DNA of 64,000 nucleotides from an uncultured cyanobacterium (lineage in GTDB: Bacteria > Cyanobacteriota > Cyanobacteriia > PCC-9006 > JAAUQQ01), in contig OY970368.1 in the NCBI GenBank assembly GCA_963718615.1, positions 3,200,001-3,264,000 on the forward strand, given 5' to 3'. This document shows positions 50,831 through 60,929 of this stretch, piece by piece. Position 1 is the stretch's first letter, and each line of letters starts with the position of its first letter. The translations under genes were made by a program, and so were the position numbers. The notes under the pieces are model-generated. The model was not told where the DNA came from. It worked only from the letters and a program-made list of their open reading frames with translations, and did no database searches.

Positions 50831-51674
50831 GTTGGCTAAATCCATTACTACATCTAACGGAGACACGAAAAGGGTGAAACAGCCTTTTCGGGAGAGGAGC
50901 AACAAGGCAGTTTAGTCTTTCGCTCTCAATTAAATAATGCCCCGACTCAACTTGAAATCACCCGAGATCTTACTGATTTATTAACAGATTAATTATCTTT
51001 TATGGATTTATATACTCGTTCAAGTTTGTGAATAAATTTATTTCATCAGTTTCTTTTCAGCAGATATATTTCCGCCAACAGCGCTAAAATTTCTCAAAAC
51101 AAGGGAAATTTGCTAAATCCCTTTTTATATAAAGACCTTAGCCTCTAGACTTTTCACTCTTTTTTCAGAAAGAAATTTCAAAATAAAATCAAAGCAGAAT
51201 ACCATAATCCTAATTTTTTTGAGAAAATGTCTAGATAATAATGCTTTGATTTTCTTTGAGAGGGCATACACTTGCTAGCCAGTGGAAAGTTTTAGACTTG
51301 GTAAAGTATCCATAACGCTACCTAGGGCAAATACACTCAGCAAATATTTGATCCAAGGCGTAGAGAGTGAGATCAGTCCAGTTCAAGCTTAATTGACTTT
51401 TATTGTCATTAAAATTTCAAGTGCTGTAACAGGAGATGTTGTCTCTAGATAATATGTCTGCCCGCTAAAACAAGAATTGTATTTTGAATTACAAGTTGAA
51501 ACAGTCTGAAATATTAGTATTTGCGTAGCACTGAGGCTACTATTGATTTTTCGAGCTTCCAGTCACTGCCTGGTTAAGCCGGTTGTTTTTCTGCTTCCAA
51601 TTCGCAATAATAGAGGGCATAGATAAGAAAGACTGCCAATTGATGAGCCCGAACCCATTACATCAGAGAACATC

Positions 51675-52211
51675 ATGCTATCTCAAGCTCTGAGCGATCG
51701 CCTCAACCAACAAATCAATCTAGAAATGTACTCCTCCCATCTCTACCTACAAACGAGTTCCTGGTGCGCCTATAAATCTTTAGATGGCTGTGCCGAATTC
51801 TTGCGTCTCCATGCCGAGGAAGAATCGGGTCATATGAACCGTCTGCTGAATTACATGCATGAGACTGGAGCATTTGTCATTTTGGGTGGAATGGAAGCAC
51901 CACCCACGCAATTTGAGTCATTAACTGCACTGTTTGAGAAAATCTATGAGCATGAGTTATTCATCACAACAAACATTAATGATCTAGTGCATTTAGCGAA
52001 TACAGAACCCGATTACTCAACCTTGCAGTTCCTGCAATGGTATGTCGCAGAACAACATCAAGAGGAGTTTCTGTTTAAAGGGATTTTGGACAAAATTAAA
52101 TTAATTGGAACCGAAGGCCAAGGGCTGTTCTTAATTGATAAAGAAGTAGGTAAATTAGCGGCCTCTTCAGCCAAAGAAGTAACCACTATGACTTCTGAAT
52201 CTGATGTTTAG
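51675..52211 (+). CDS. ftnA: non-heme ferritin
   Basis: 'LNQQINLEMYSSHLYL', 'EEESGH', 'EHE', 'FLQWYVAEQHQEE' ferroxidase residues. Confidence 0.93.
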   Translation: MLSQALSDRLNQQINLEMYSSHLYLQTSSWCAYKSLDGCAEFLRLHAEEESGHMNRLLNYMHETGAFVILGGMEAPPTQFESLTALFEKIYEHELFITTNINDLVHLANTEPDYSTLQFLQWYVAEQHQEEFLFKGILDKIKLIGTEGQGLFLIDKEVGKLAASSAKEVTTMTSESDV

Positions 52212-52235
52212 ACCTTCCAGTCTTTCTTTCTCACG

Positions 52236-52272
52236 AAAAAGCGGTGGGCACTCAACAGGTGCTCACCGCCTC
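52236..52272 (-). terminator. rho-independent terminator between ferritin and the convergent gene
   Basis: AAAAAGCGGTGGGCAC-loop-GTGCTCACCGC. Confidence 0.75.
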
Positions 52273-52340
52273 TACTTAAAGTCATCAACCGCAGTCATGA
52301 ATAAAGGGGACTTATCCCCCATATTCTGCGTATTCAGAAT

Positions 52341-52796
52341 TTACCACATGCCTTGAACGGAGCAGTAGCCAAGGTTGCTCTGACCCAGGGCAACGCCTTG
52401 ACCCGCACCACCAGCGGGACGAGCATCAGACAACGGCATCCAAACTTTAGCGCCATTGTCGTCGCGCACCGCAATCATAAACGTACCTTGGTTCATATCG
52501 CTAGGATTGACTGCTAGCTGCTTTTCTTGGGGATAGGCCAGGATCACTTTGGACCCTAAAGACTTGACATTCGTTGGGGTACCACCGTACACGTCAGAAG
52601 GATCGCTGTAAACAGGCACTTGATTGTTGTCGAGACCGGAAACGGCACGGGGCTGATCAGGGCCACCCACGTTGGTGATAATGCGACGGCAGCCGGGATC
52701 GCTATCAATAAAGCTATTCGCAGATGCGGGTGCAATAGACCCTAGGGTTGTTACAGCAAGAGCGAGAAAAGCAACAGACTTTGCAAGCTTAATCAT
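52341..52796 (-). CDS. secreted SH3-like protein with a Cys pair, ending in QGMW
   Basis: Signal peptide (ASA); 'CRRI...VPVYSDP...GSKVIL...VWMP...SNLGYC' resembles cyanobacterial SH3b-like domains. Confidence 0.6.
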   Translation of the reverse strand: MIKLAKSVAFLALAVTTLGSIAPASANSFIDSDPGCRRIITNVGGPDQPRAVSGLDNNQVPVYSDPSDVYGGTPTNVKSLGSKVILAYPQEKQLAVNPSDMNQGTFMIAVRDDNGAKVWMPLSDARPAGGAGQGVALGQSNLGYCSVQGMW

Positions 52797-53178
52797 GGAA
52801 CGTTTGCCTTTGTTTTGAGATAAACAGGATAGAAATGCACTATCGATCGACCTGCCTTGAGGTCAACCCAGTTACTAAACACTAGACTAAACCCTAGATT
52901 TAAACACCGGGTTCAAGTTCGTATCGATATGCTTCTTCTGCTAAGGTGCCCATCAAAAACGTAAACCTACACATTCCCAGGCGAGAGCAAAGTAAGACAA
53001 TAAAGATTAGATTGAATCATCAAAATTAATTTATAAAATTCAGAAAAAATACTGTCATAACACCCCAAAAACATCGGGAAACCTATTAATAGAGATTGAG
53101 ATTCAAGAAGATCAAGAGATTCAAGATTCAACCTTAATCCTGCATCAGGCCCCGTGTGCTGTCTAATCCTCAACATCC

Positions 53179-53925
53179 ATGACTTTTTCTAGATTCCTCA
53201 CCGTCCTCAGTTTGCCGATTACACTCAACCTTGTTTTAGGAAGCAGCCTAGTCTCTCCTGCTCAAGCCGAGCCAAAACTTCTAGAAGATTTTTCATCGGT
53301 CACCCTAGAGCTCGATTTGCCCGACTCAGACCCAGAGCCTACGCAAGACGAGCCAAGTGAAGTCAAAAATCAACCGATTGAATCAGAGGTTCAGTCGGAG
53401 GTTCAATTAGAGGTCCAATCAGAGACTGAGTTAGAGGTTAAGGGAGAAACTGAGCCAGAAACCGATAGGACTGAGGCCCCTGAGCCAGCCAGCTCGATGG
53501 AAAATGCCGATGCACCGCAAACACAAACCCAGGAAGATCCAACTCGGTTGGTTTTGAGATTGCGGGAACGGCGGGTGTATGTGGTCCAGGGCGATCGCCC
53601 CCTAGTCAGCTACCCCGTCGCCATCGGCAAAGCCGGCTGGGAAACGCCAGTGGGTCAGTTCAAGGTGTTAAACAAAATTCCAGATCCAGTATGGCGACAC
53701 CCCTGGAACGGAAATTTAGTGAGTCCAGGTCCAAGCAATCCCCTAGGCCGACGTTGGATTGGCTTCTGGAGCGATGGACGAAATATGATTGGATTTCATG
53801 GAACCATCGATGAATCCTTGATTGGTCAGGCGGTTTCCCATGGCTGCGTTCGCATGAAAAATGCTGATGTGGCAGCGCTGTTTGAGTGGGCGGAAGAAGG
53901 GATGCTGGTTACGGTTGAACCCTAG
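53179..53925 (+). CDS. L,D-transpeptidase (YkuD family)
   Basis: 'YPVAIGKAGWETPVG', 'NPLGRRWIGF', 'IGFHGT', 'SHGCVRM'. Confidence 0.93.
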   Translation: MTFSRFLTVLSLPITLNLVLGSSLVSPAQAEPKLLEDFSSVTLELDLPDSDPEPTQDEPSEVKNQPIESEVQSEVQLEVQSETELEVKGETEPETDRTEAPEPASSMENADAPQTQTQEDPTRLVLRLRERRVYVVQGDRPLVSYPVAIGKAGWETPVGQFKVLNKIPDPVWRHPWNGNLVSPGPSNPLGRRWIGFWSDGRNMIGFHGTIDESLIGQAVSHGCVRMKNADVAALFEWAEEGMLVTVEP

Positions 53926-53926
53926 A

Positions 53927-54964
53927 TTAAGCGATCACAGGAATCGTCTGTCCAGTCTCAGCCGCCCGCCGCATGGCATCTGCTACGCGGAGGGCATATA
54001 GACTTTCTGTGATTGATACGTAGAGCGGAGGGCGATCGGCCTGGTTTATTTCGGCCTGACTCATTTCGGTCTGACTCATCGTTGCAGAACTGCCCAAATA
54101 ATCCAAAACCATCGCCGTATCCTTGGCAAATAAGCCTCGCTTCCCCCCGACTTCTAAGGGAATTTCGCCATCGTGGCTGAGAAAAACGCCCTGGTCTTGC
54201 TCAAATCGTAGGGCACCGCGATCGCCACTCACCTCAAACAACCGCTCCGCCCGCCAAAACGCTTCACCTTTGCCATAGGTTAGCGTTCCCAAAACACCAC
54301 TGGTAAAAAAGAGCTGAGCATTGCATAAACAACTTAAAAAATAATTGGGATCATCGGGGGCGGACCAAAACTTCGCCTGACAACTGACCGAGGCCACGGG
54401 TCCAAAGGCATGGGTGAGGCGATGCACCCGTGAGAGCGCAGCCACGAGGGGAAACCCCAGGTCTTGATAGTGAAAGCTCCAGCGGCGAGGAGCAGGGGAT
54501 TTGGGGGCAATGGTTGCGTAGCGAACGTGATGGGGTGTGCCGATTCGTTCTAGATTTTCTAACAGAGACTGGTGTAAGCCGCCCAGGATCTCGATATGTT
54601 CGACGTGGAGCAGAAGTCCTTTCGCTTGGGCTAAGGAGACAAGGGCTTCCGCTTGGGCGAGGTCGAGGGAGAGGGGATATTCGACAACGACATGTTTCCC
54701 CGCTTGGAGAGCCGCTGCGGCGATGGGTCCATGGTCGCGGTTGATGGTGGCAATTACAATTAAATCGAGATCGGAGCGGGCAATGAGCGATCGCCAATCC
54801 GCTTCCACAATCACCCCAAAGGGCTGGGCAAAGGTACGGGTACGCTGGGGATCTTGGCCCGCGATCGCCACCCAGTTGGCACGCGGATCGGCCCTAAGAG
54901 CCTCGGCCCGCAGTTTAGCCGCGTAGCCTGTTCCGACTAATCCCACCCGAAGTTGTTGTTTCAC
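53927..54964 (-). CDS. bvdR: biliverdin reductase-like Gfo/Idh/MocA oxidoreductase
   Basis: 'VGLVGTGYAAKLRA', 'GKHVVVEYPL', 'LLHVEHIEILGGLH', 'YGKGE'. Confidence 0.82.
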   Translation of the reverse strand: MKQQLRVGLVGTGYAAKLRAEALRADPRANWVAIAGQDPQRTRTFAQPFGVIVEADWRSLIARSDLDLIVIATINRDHGPIAAAALQAGKHVVVEYPLSLDLAQAEALVSLAQAKGLLLHVEHIEILGGLHQSLLENLERIGTPHHVRYATIAPKSPAPRRWSFHYQDLGFPLVAALSRVHRLTHAFGPVASVSCQAKFWSAPDDPNYFLSCLCNAQLFFTSGVLGTLTYGKGEAFWRAERLFEVSGDRGALRFEQDQGVFLSHDGEIPLEVGGKRGLFAKDTAMVLDYLGSSATMSQTEMSQAEINQADRPPLYVSITESLYALRVADAMRRAAETGQTIPVIA

Positions 54965-55089
54965 ACTTAGATTGCTCAGATCGTTTTGCAGTAATTGATG
55001 GGTACTAAACGTATTCTATCGTTTAGGCGCGATCGCCATCCCGAGGGTCTCTCTGCCCAGTAAAATGCCTTAAACAATACAGTGCAACC

Positions 55090-56949
55090 ATGGCCTATCC
55101 GCCCATCGAAAACCACGGTATTATCGGCAATATGTACACGACGGCCCTCATCGGTCTAGATGGAACCATTGATTGGTTTTGTTTTCCACATCACGATTCA
55201 CCTAGCATTTTTGCCGCAATTCTAGACTCGCAAAAAGGTGGACATTTCAAACTCGCTCCGACGTTGCAAGATCGGTTTAATCCCTATTTGCGTCTGACGC
55301 GAAAACAGCTTTATTGGCCTGGTACGAACGTGCTGATCACCCGTTTTCTGACTCCCGAAGGGGTAGGTGAAATCATTGATTTTATGCCCGTCGGGCTTGG
55401 CCCCGATGAGATTGGCTACCATACGCTGATTCGTCAAGTCCGAGTCGTGCGGGGCGAAATGCAGTTTCATCTTGACTGTTACCCCGCCTTTAATTACGGC
55501 AGAGATGAGCACACAACCGATATTACGCCTAAGGGCGTTTGCTTCTACAGCGCCCAGATGAGCTTGGGCTTAGCCACAGAGACTCCGCTCCAGCCCAAGT
55601 CGAACCATGGCGTCGAAGCCAAGTTTTCCCTAAAGGCCGATGAAAGCGCGGTTTTTGTTCTCCAGGGCGTTGCCAGCGGTCAAAGCTGTGGCCTGCCCAT
55701 CGACCCATCCCAGGCAACGCAACTGTTCAAACATACCGTTGCCTATTGGCGCAATTGGCTCTCCCAATGTACCTATCAAGGACGCTGGCAAGAAATGGTA
55801 GAACGGTCAGCGCTGGTGCTGAAGCTTCTGACCTTTGAACCCACGGGGGCCATTATCGCTTCGCCCACCTGTAGCCTGCCCGAGGAATTAGGCGGAGAGC
55901 GCAATTGGGACTATCGCTATACCTGGATTCGGGATGCTGCTTTTACACTGTACGCCTTGCTGCGCATTGGCTTTACCGAAGAAGCCGCCGGATTTATGGA
56001 TTGGATTGAGCATCGTTGTCAAGAACTGAATCCGGATGGATCCCTACAAATTATGTACGGTATCGACGGACGCCATGAACTCCCCGAAACCGACCTAGAC
56101 CATTGGCAGGGTTATATGGGGTCCCGACCCGTGCGCATTGGCAATGGGGCCTATCAACAGCTTCAGCTTGATATTTACGGTGAATTGCTTGATTCCGTTT
56201 ATCTATATAACAAATACGGCGCACTGATTTCCTACGATCTTTGGGTCAATCTGCGACGGTTGATCAATTGGGTCTGTGCTCATTGGCAAGATTCCGACGA
56301 AGGCATTTGGGAAGTGCGCAGCGGCCAACAGCAGTTCGTCTACTCCAAACTGATGTGTTGGGTTGCGTTGGATCGGGGATTACGCCTCGCCGAAAAGCGA
56401 TCCTTTCCGGCGGATCGCGATCGCTGGCTAGGCATTCGCGATCAAATTTATGAGGAAATCATGACCCAAGGCTGGAACACAGAATTGCAAATTTTTGTGC
56501 AGTACTACGGCAGCACGGCCCTGGATGCGAGCAATTTGATCATGCCCATGGTGCTATTTTTGGCCCCCAATGATCCCCGCATGATGAAGACCTTGGAAGC
56601 GATTCAGCGATCGCCCCAAAACGGTGGGCTCGTCTCCAATCATTTAGTTTATCGCTACAACACCCAGGAAACCCAGGATGGCTTGCAGGGCGAGGAAGGC
56701 ACCTTTAATATGTGTACGTTTTGGCTGGTCGAAGCTCTCACCCGCGCCGGTCGCCGGGATCCCGCAGCCTTAGATCAAGCCCGACTGATGTTTGAGGGGA
56801 TGTTAGGCTACGCCAACCATTTGGGGCTCTATGGCGAGGAAACGGGTTCCAGCGGCGAAGCCCTCGGCAATTTTCCTCAGGCTTTTACCCATTTGGCCCT
56901 GATCAGTGCCGCCTGGAATTTAAATAAAGCTTTAGGCAAATTGGTCTAA
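55090..56949 (+). CDS. glycoside hydrolase family 15 (glucoamylase/trehalase-like)
   Basis: '[22 protein letters not shown]', 'QLDIYGE', 'GIWEVR', 'GNFPQAFTH'. Confidence 0.93.
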   Translation: MAYPPIENHGIIGNMYTTALIGLDGTIDWFCFPHHDSPSIFAAILDSQKGGHFKLAPTLQDRFNPYLRLTRKQLYWPGTNVLITRFLTPEGVGEIIDFMPVGLGPDEIGYHTLIRQVRVVRGEMQFHLDCYPAFNYGRDEHTTDITPKGVCFYSAQMSLGLATETPLQPKSNHGVEAKFSLKADESAVFVLQGVASGQSCGLPIDPSQATQLFKHTVAYWRNWLSQCTYQGRWQEMVERSALVLKLLTFEPTGAIIASPTCSLPEELGGERNWDYRYTWIRDAAFTLYALLRIGFTEEAAGFMDWIEHRCQELNPDGSLQIMYGIDGRHELPETDLDHWQGYMGSRPVRIGNGAYQQLQLDIYGELLDSVYLYNKYGALISYDLWVNLRRLINWVCAHWQDSDEGIWEVRSGQQQFVYSKLMCWVALDRGLRLAEKRSFPADRDRWLGIRDQIYEEIMTQGWNTELQIFVQYYGSTALDASNLIMPMVLFLAPNDPRMMKTLEAIQRSPQNGGLVSNHLVYRYNTQETQDGLQGEEGTFNMCTFWLVEALTRAGRRDPAALDQARLMFEGMLGYANHLGLYGEETGSSGEALGNFPQAFTHLALISAAWNLNKALGKLV

Positions 56950-56998
56950 TCAAAACCTAGGGCTTTATATTTATGGAGATTGTGTTTTTTCTTGCTTC

Positions 56999-57601
56999 AT
57001 GGCCATTCCCCTGCCGATCTTAAACGGACCCATTCGCCCAGGCGCTGAGATTGTGCATGTCTACAGCGAAGGAACCCTTGCCTATTTGTATGATGCGGGT
57101 AGCGAAAACCAAATCCGAGAGCTTGAACCCTCGGTCATTCATGGTTACGAGAACGACAGTGCTGAAGATGATGCAACCCAAGAAGCGGTGGAGGAAGGGC
57201 TGTTGCTCCTCTACGCCATGGAAGATGATGGTGACATTGACGCGGAAGTGCTGATTGGCCAGCCCCTCAGCGCCGCAGAAACGACCGGAGGCGATTGGTA
57301 TCCCTATCAACAGGGCTATTTACAATTGCCCACAGGACGGCTGTATGTGCATTCCATTAGCACCTTGCCCATGGGAGCCAATGAAGGCGAAGAACTGGAA
57401 GAACAGGGGGCCGTGATCGAAACCACGGCGGGGGAATATGTCGTTACGGTCTACCGCAAAAAATGGGCCACTATGCGCAAACAGGTTGCCGAAGACGATT
57501 GGGATGAGGATACGCTGCGAACCAACGAAATCATTGTGCTGACCCCTGAAGATGAGCTGGAAGTCGATGGCGATCGCCCCACGATTTTGTTTGATGACTA
57601 A
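56999..57601 (+). CDS. highly acidic hypothetical protein
   Basis: 200-aa D/E-rich ORF; no family recognised with confidence. Confidence 0.6.
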   Translation: MAIPLPILNGPIRPGAEIVHVYSEGTLAYLYDAGSENQIRELEPSVIHGYENDSAEDDATQEAVEEGLLLLYAMEDDGDIDAEVLIGQPLSAAETTGGDWYPYQQGYLQLPTGRLYVHSISTLPMGANEGEELEEQGAVIETTAGEYVVTVYRKKWATMRKQVAEDDWDEDTLRTNEIIVLTPEDELEVDGDRPTILFDD

Positions 57602-57706
57602 TGGCTTGATCCCTAGTGCAGCGTCAACGCTAAAAATGATGAAAATAGGCCGCAGATTAGGCGCAAAATGCCTCCCCAACCTGCGGCCCTAGATTAAGTA
57701 GCAAGC

Positions 57707-57913
57707 CTAGGCGCTAGCGGGCTGGAACATGGTGTCCAGATAAATCCGGCTGGCGCGTTGGTCGCGATCGCTATTTTGCAGCAAGAACAAGGACAGGGCC
57801 GCACTAAACGTACGGTCTTGGTCCCACATTGGACGATGTTCAAGAAACTGCTTGAGGCAATCATGTAGGTCTTCTGGAATTTCGACTTGAAGACTGACAG
57901 TCTTAGCCATCAT
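57707..57913 (-). CDS. DUF2811 small protein
   Basis: 'EIPEDLH...WDQDRTFSAALSLFLLQN...RIYLDT'. Confidence 0.85.
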   Translation of the reverse strand: MMAKTVSLQVEIPEDLHDCLKQFLEHRPMWDQDRTFSAALSLFLLQNSDRDQRASRIYLDTMFQPASA

Positions 57914-58323
57914 GCGGAACCTCCTGGGCGGTCAATGGACGAGTTTCGCGCATCGGTAGTGAAAGCAAGGAAGATGACACAGGGGAACAGGGGTGAGCCT
58001 CGGGAGCGAGTCTCCTAGTTGGGTTTTGGGGATAAAGGGGATAAATGGATGGGCTCCCCCTCCGCAAATAAGCGATTTTGCGGACTGGATTTCTGCGTGC
58101 TTTCAAGGACGTGCCGAATCATTTCATCGCAGTTATGGGGGGACTGTCAATCCGTCAAATCGCGCTAGCCAATGAGAGCGAAAGCGATCGCGTACGAAGC
58201 AATCGGGCTTTTAGGGGCATTTTCGTTACATTGCGTTGTAATTCTCTCATTTTTGCTAGCGTGAGCCAATGCTTGCCTAGAGTCCCACACAGGGCCAGTA
58301 AAGCTTAAGGTCTCGTTTGGGCC

Positions 58324-58475
58324 TGTGGAAAAACTGTGGAAAACCTACCCTGGGTTTGTGGAAAAGTAGGGGGCTTTATGTGGAAAGCTTGTGGATTGCT
58401 CAATAAAAAAGCAGTTCAAAATTTAAGGATTAAAAAAATCCAGAGATTTACAACAAAAAATGAGTTTTTTCTAAT
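58324..58475. other. DnaA-box cluster plus AT-rich tract (candidate oriC)
   Basis: TGTGGAAAA at 58324, 58335, 58357; TGTGGAAAG 58379; TGTGGATTG 58390; A-tract-rich segment 58401-58475. Confidence 0.7.
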
Positions 58476-58675
58476 CGGGCTTGACATTCCTGAGATTTTT
58501 CGAACAGTTTTGCTGCATACGTGCTCCTACGGAACTGACAGTATCCTGGGAGCCCAGGGATTTCCGCCGGATGGAGGGGGGTACTGGGCCATCGGTGAAC
58601 CCTAGACCTCCGCAGATAACCTCCACAGACAACATCCCCCCTACAATGGATTTGCTAAATCTCTTTCTCCCTCCC

Positions 58676-59626
58676 ATGACTGAGCTGCGGGCTGTTTTTA
58701 GCCGTCTTCACCAAGCCCTCGATCGCATCATTGTGGGCCAAAGCGCGCTGACCGGGCAGATACTGGTAGCGTTTTTGGCGGGGGGCCATGTGATTTTGGA
58801 GGGGGTCCCCGGTACGGGCAAAACGCTCCTGGTTAAGGTATTGTCTCAATTGATTCAGGGAGAGTTTCGGCGCATTCAGTTGACTCCGGACGTGTTGCCT
58901 TCGGATATTTTGGGCACTAACATTTTTGATCTCAATCGCAAAACATTTGTGCTCAAGCCGGGACCGATCTTTACGGAGATTTTGCTGGCGGATGAAATCA
59001 ATCGCACCCCTCCCAAGACCCAGGCTGCACTGCTAGAGGCCATGGAGGAACAGCAGGTAACGCTGGATGGCAAGACCATGGCCCTGCCGCCTTTGTTTTG
59101 GGTGGTGGCGACCCAGAACCCCTTGGAATTTGAAGGCACCTATCCCTTACCGGAGGCTCAGCTCGATCGCTTTTTCTTCAAGCTCTGGGTGGACTATCCT
59201 GAGCGGTCCGCCGAAAAGCAAATGTTGCTCAATCATCAGGCTGGATTCCGCGCTAAACAGATGGATCTCGATCGCCTCTCTCCCGTGGCAACGACCGAAC
59301 AAGTCCTCGCGGCGCGCCAAAGGTTGCAAACGGTCAAGGTAGAGGACAACCTCTTGGATTACCTATTGGCCTTGGTGGAGCGCACTCGCCAGCACAGTGA
59401 TCTGTTAATTGGGGCCTCTCCTCGGGCGGCGATCGCTTGGCTGCAAGCGGCAAAGGCAAAGGCTTGGTTGGCCGATCGCGATTATGTCACCCCGGACGAT
59501 TTGAAGTTTGTCGCGGTACCGCTGTTACGACATCGATTGATTTTGCGTCCGGAAGCTCAGCTGGATGGCTTGAAACCCGATGGGATTATTTCTGGTTTAC
59601 TCGGGCAAGTTTCTGTTCCCCGTTGA
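58676..59626 (+). CDS. moxR: MoxR-family AAA+ ATPase
   Basis: 'EGVPGTGKT', 'LADEINRTPPKTQAALLEAMEE', 'ATQNPLEFEGTYPLPEAQLDRF'. Confidence 0.95.
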   Translation: MTELRAVFSRLHQALDRIIVGQSALTGQILVAFLAGGHVILEGVPGTGKTLLVKVLSQLIQGEFRRIQLTPDVLPSDILGTNIFDLNRKTFVLKPGPIFTEILLADEINRTPPKTQAALLEAMEEQQVTLDGKTMALPPLFWVVATQNPLEFEGTYPLPEAQLDRFFFKLWVDYPERSAEKQMLLNHQAGFRAKQMDLDRLSPVATTEQVLAARQRLQTVKVEDNLLDYLLALVERTRQHSDLLIGASPRAAIAWLQAAKAKAWLADRDYVTPDDLKFVAVPLLRHRLILRPEAQLDGLKPDGIISGLLGQVSVPR

Positions 59627-59693
59627 GGTGTTCCGTTAAGGTGTCTCGCTAAGGTCTATATTCACGCCCTTCTGGTCTAGTTGGATCGTAAAC

Positions 59694-60929
59694 ATGTCGG
59701 CAAAGTTTTATCCCCCCCAGCCCAATTCCGCCTTAATCCTCCTGATACAAGGGCTCTCGCAATGGATCGGTCGGTGGCAGTCTAGGGTTAAGCTCTCGAT
59801 CAGCCCAGCGGATTTGCAGGTGCTCAAACAACTGGGCCAGTCGCGAGTGATTCTCTTTCCCAATCATCCGACGTTTCATGAGCCGGTGTTGCTGTTCATG
59901 CTCTCGGCCCGATTGCGGCAGCGGTTTTATTATTTGGCGGCCTACGAGCTGTTTCGCGGTCCTATGCGCTGGTTTTTTCAAGGCATTGGGGTTTATTCCA
60001 TTCGCCGAGGGTTGGTCGATCGCGAAAGTATTCAATACACCGTCAATCTGCTGCAACAGCCCCATAGCCATTGGGTCGTCTTTTCGGAAGGACGTTGCAC
60101 CTTTCAAAGCGATCGCCTCATGCCCTTCCAAACCGGCGGCATCCAGCTTGCGTTCCAGGCGCTGAATAAACAGGCCAAAAGCCTTCCCCCTGGCACTCCC
60201 CTGCCGCCACTCTACGCGGTTCCGATTACGATTCACTATCGCTATTTACGTCCCATCGAAACAGTTGTTGACTCAACTTTGGCGGACTTAGAAGCGGCTT
60301 TAGAGGTGCCAACCCTAGCCGATCCTCAACCGGGCGATCGCTACAAACGCCTCCGATTATTAGCCGACACCGTTCTCCGTCGCATGGAAGCGGATTACGA
60401 CATCCCACCCCTCGCCACGGATCTGCCCCCGGAGGAGCAAAACTGGAACGAGCGCATCGCCCTGCTCAAACGCACACTACTGGAAACCTGCGAACAGCAT
60501 TTGGGGTTGCCCCACAATCACAATCAACCCCTGCGCGATCGCGCCTACCGCATTCAGGCTGCCTTGGGAGAGCAGGAGCCCCATGAGAAAACCCCGCTCC
60601 TGCGAGCCTCCGTTGAGCGGCTGCTCAACTTCGATACGATTTACGACGGCTATGTGGCGGAAAACCCCACCCCCGAGCGCTATCTCGACACCTTGGCTCG
60701 GCTCCAGCGGGAGGTTTTTCAGATTGATCAACCCCCCCCCAAGGGATTGCGCCGTGCCGAGGTGAAAGTGGGAGAACCGATGAATCTGGTGGATTGGTTT
60801 GAAGCCTATCAGGGCGATCGCTCCGGTACCGTTCAGCAGCTCACCGACAAGCTCCAAGCCACCGTCCAGCTCAATCTCGATCGCCTCATCCAGGCCAGCC
60901 AGACGGATGCACCGGAGGTCTCCCCATGA
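59694..60929 (+). CDS. PlsC-like acyltransferase
   Basis: 'PNHPTFHE' (HX4D-like with E), 'FSEGR', 'PITIHYRY'. Confidence 0.8.
   Translation: MSAKFYPPQPNSALILLIQGLSQWIGRWQSRVKLSISPADLQVLKQLGQSRVILFPNHPTFHEPVLLFMLSARLRQRFYYLAAYELFRGPMRWFFQGIGVYSIRRGLVDRESIQYTVNLLQQPHSHWVVFSEGRCTFQSDRLMPFQTGGIQLAFQALNKQAKSLPPGTPLPPLYAVPITIHYRYLRPIETVVDSTLADLEAALEVPTLADPQPGDRYKRLRLLADTVLRRMEADYDIPPLATDLPPEEQNWNERIALLKRTLLETCEQHLGLPHNHNQPLRDRAYRIQAALGEQEPHEKTPLLRASVERLLNFDTIYDGYVAENPTPERYLDTLARLQREVFQIDQPPPKGLRRAEVKVGEPMNLVDWFEAYQGDRSGTVQQLTDKLQATVQLNLDRLIQASQTDAPEVSP

Noticed and set aside
51595-51615. Fur box upstream of ferritin
   Set aside because: Only a half-site; not enough to call as a feature
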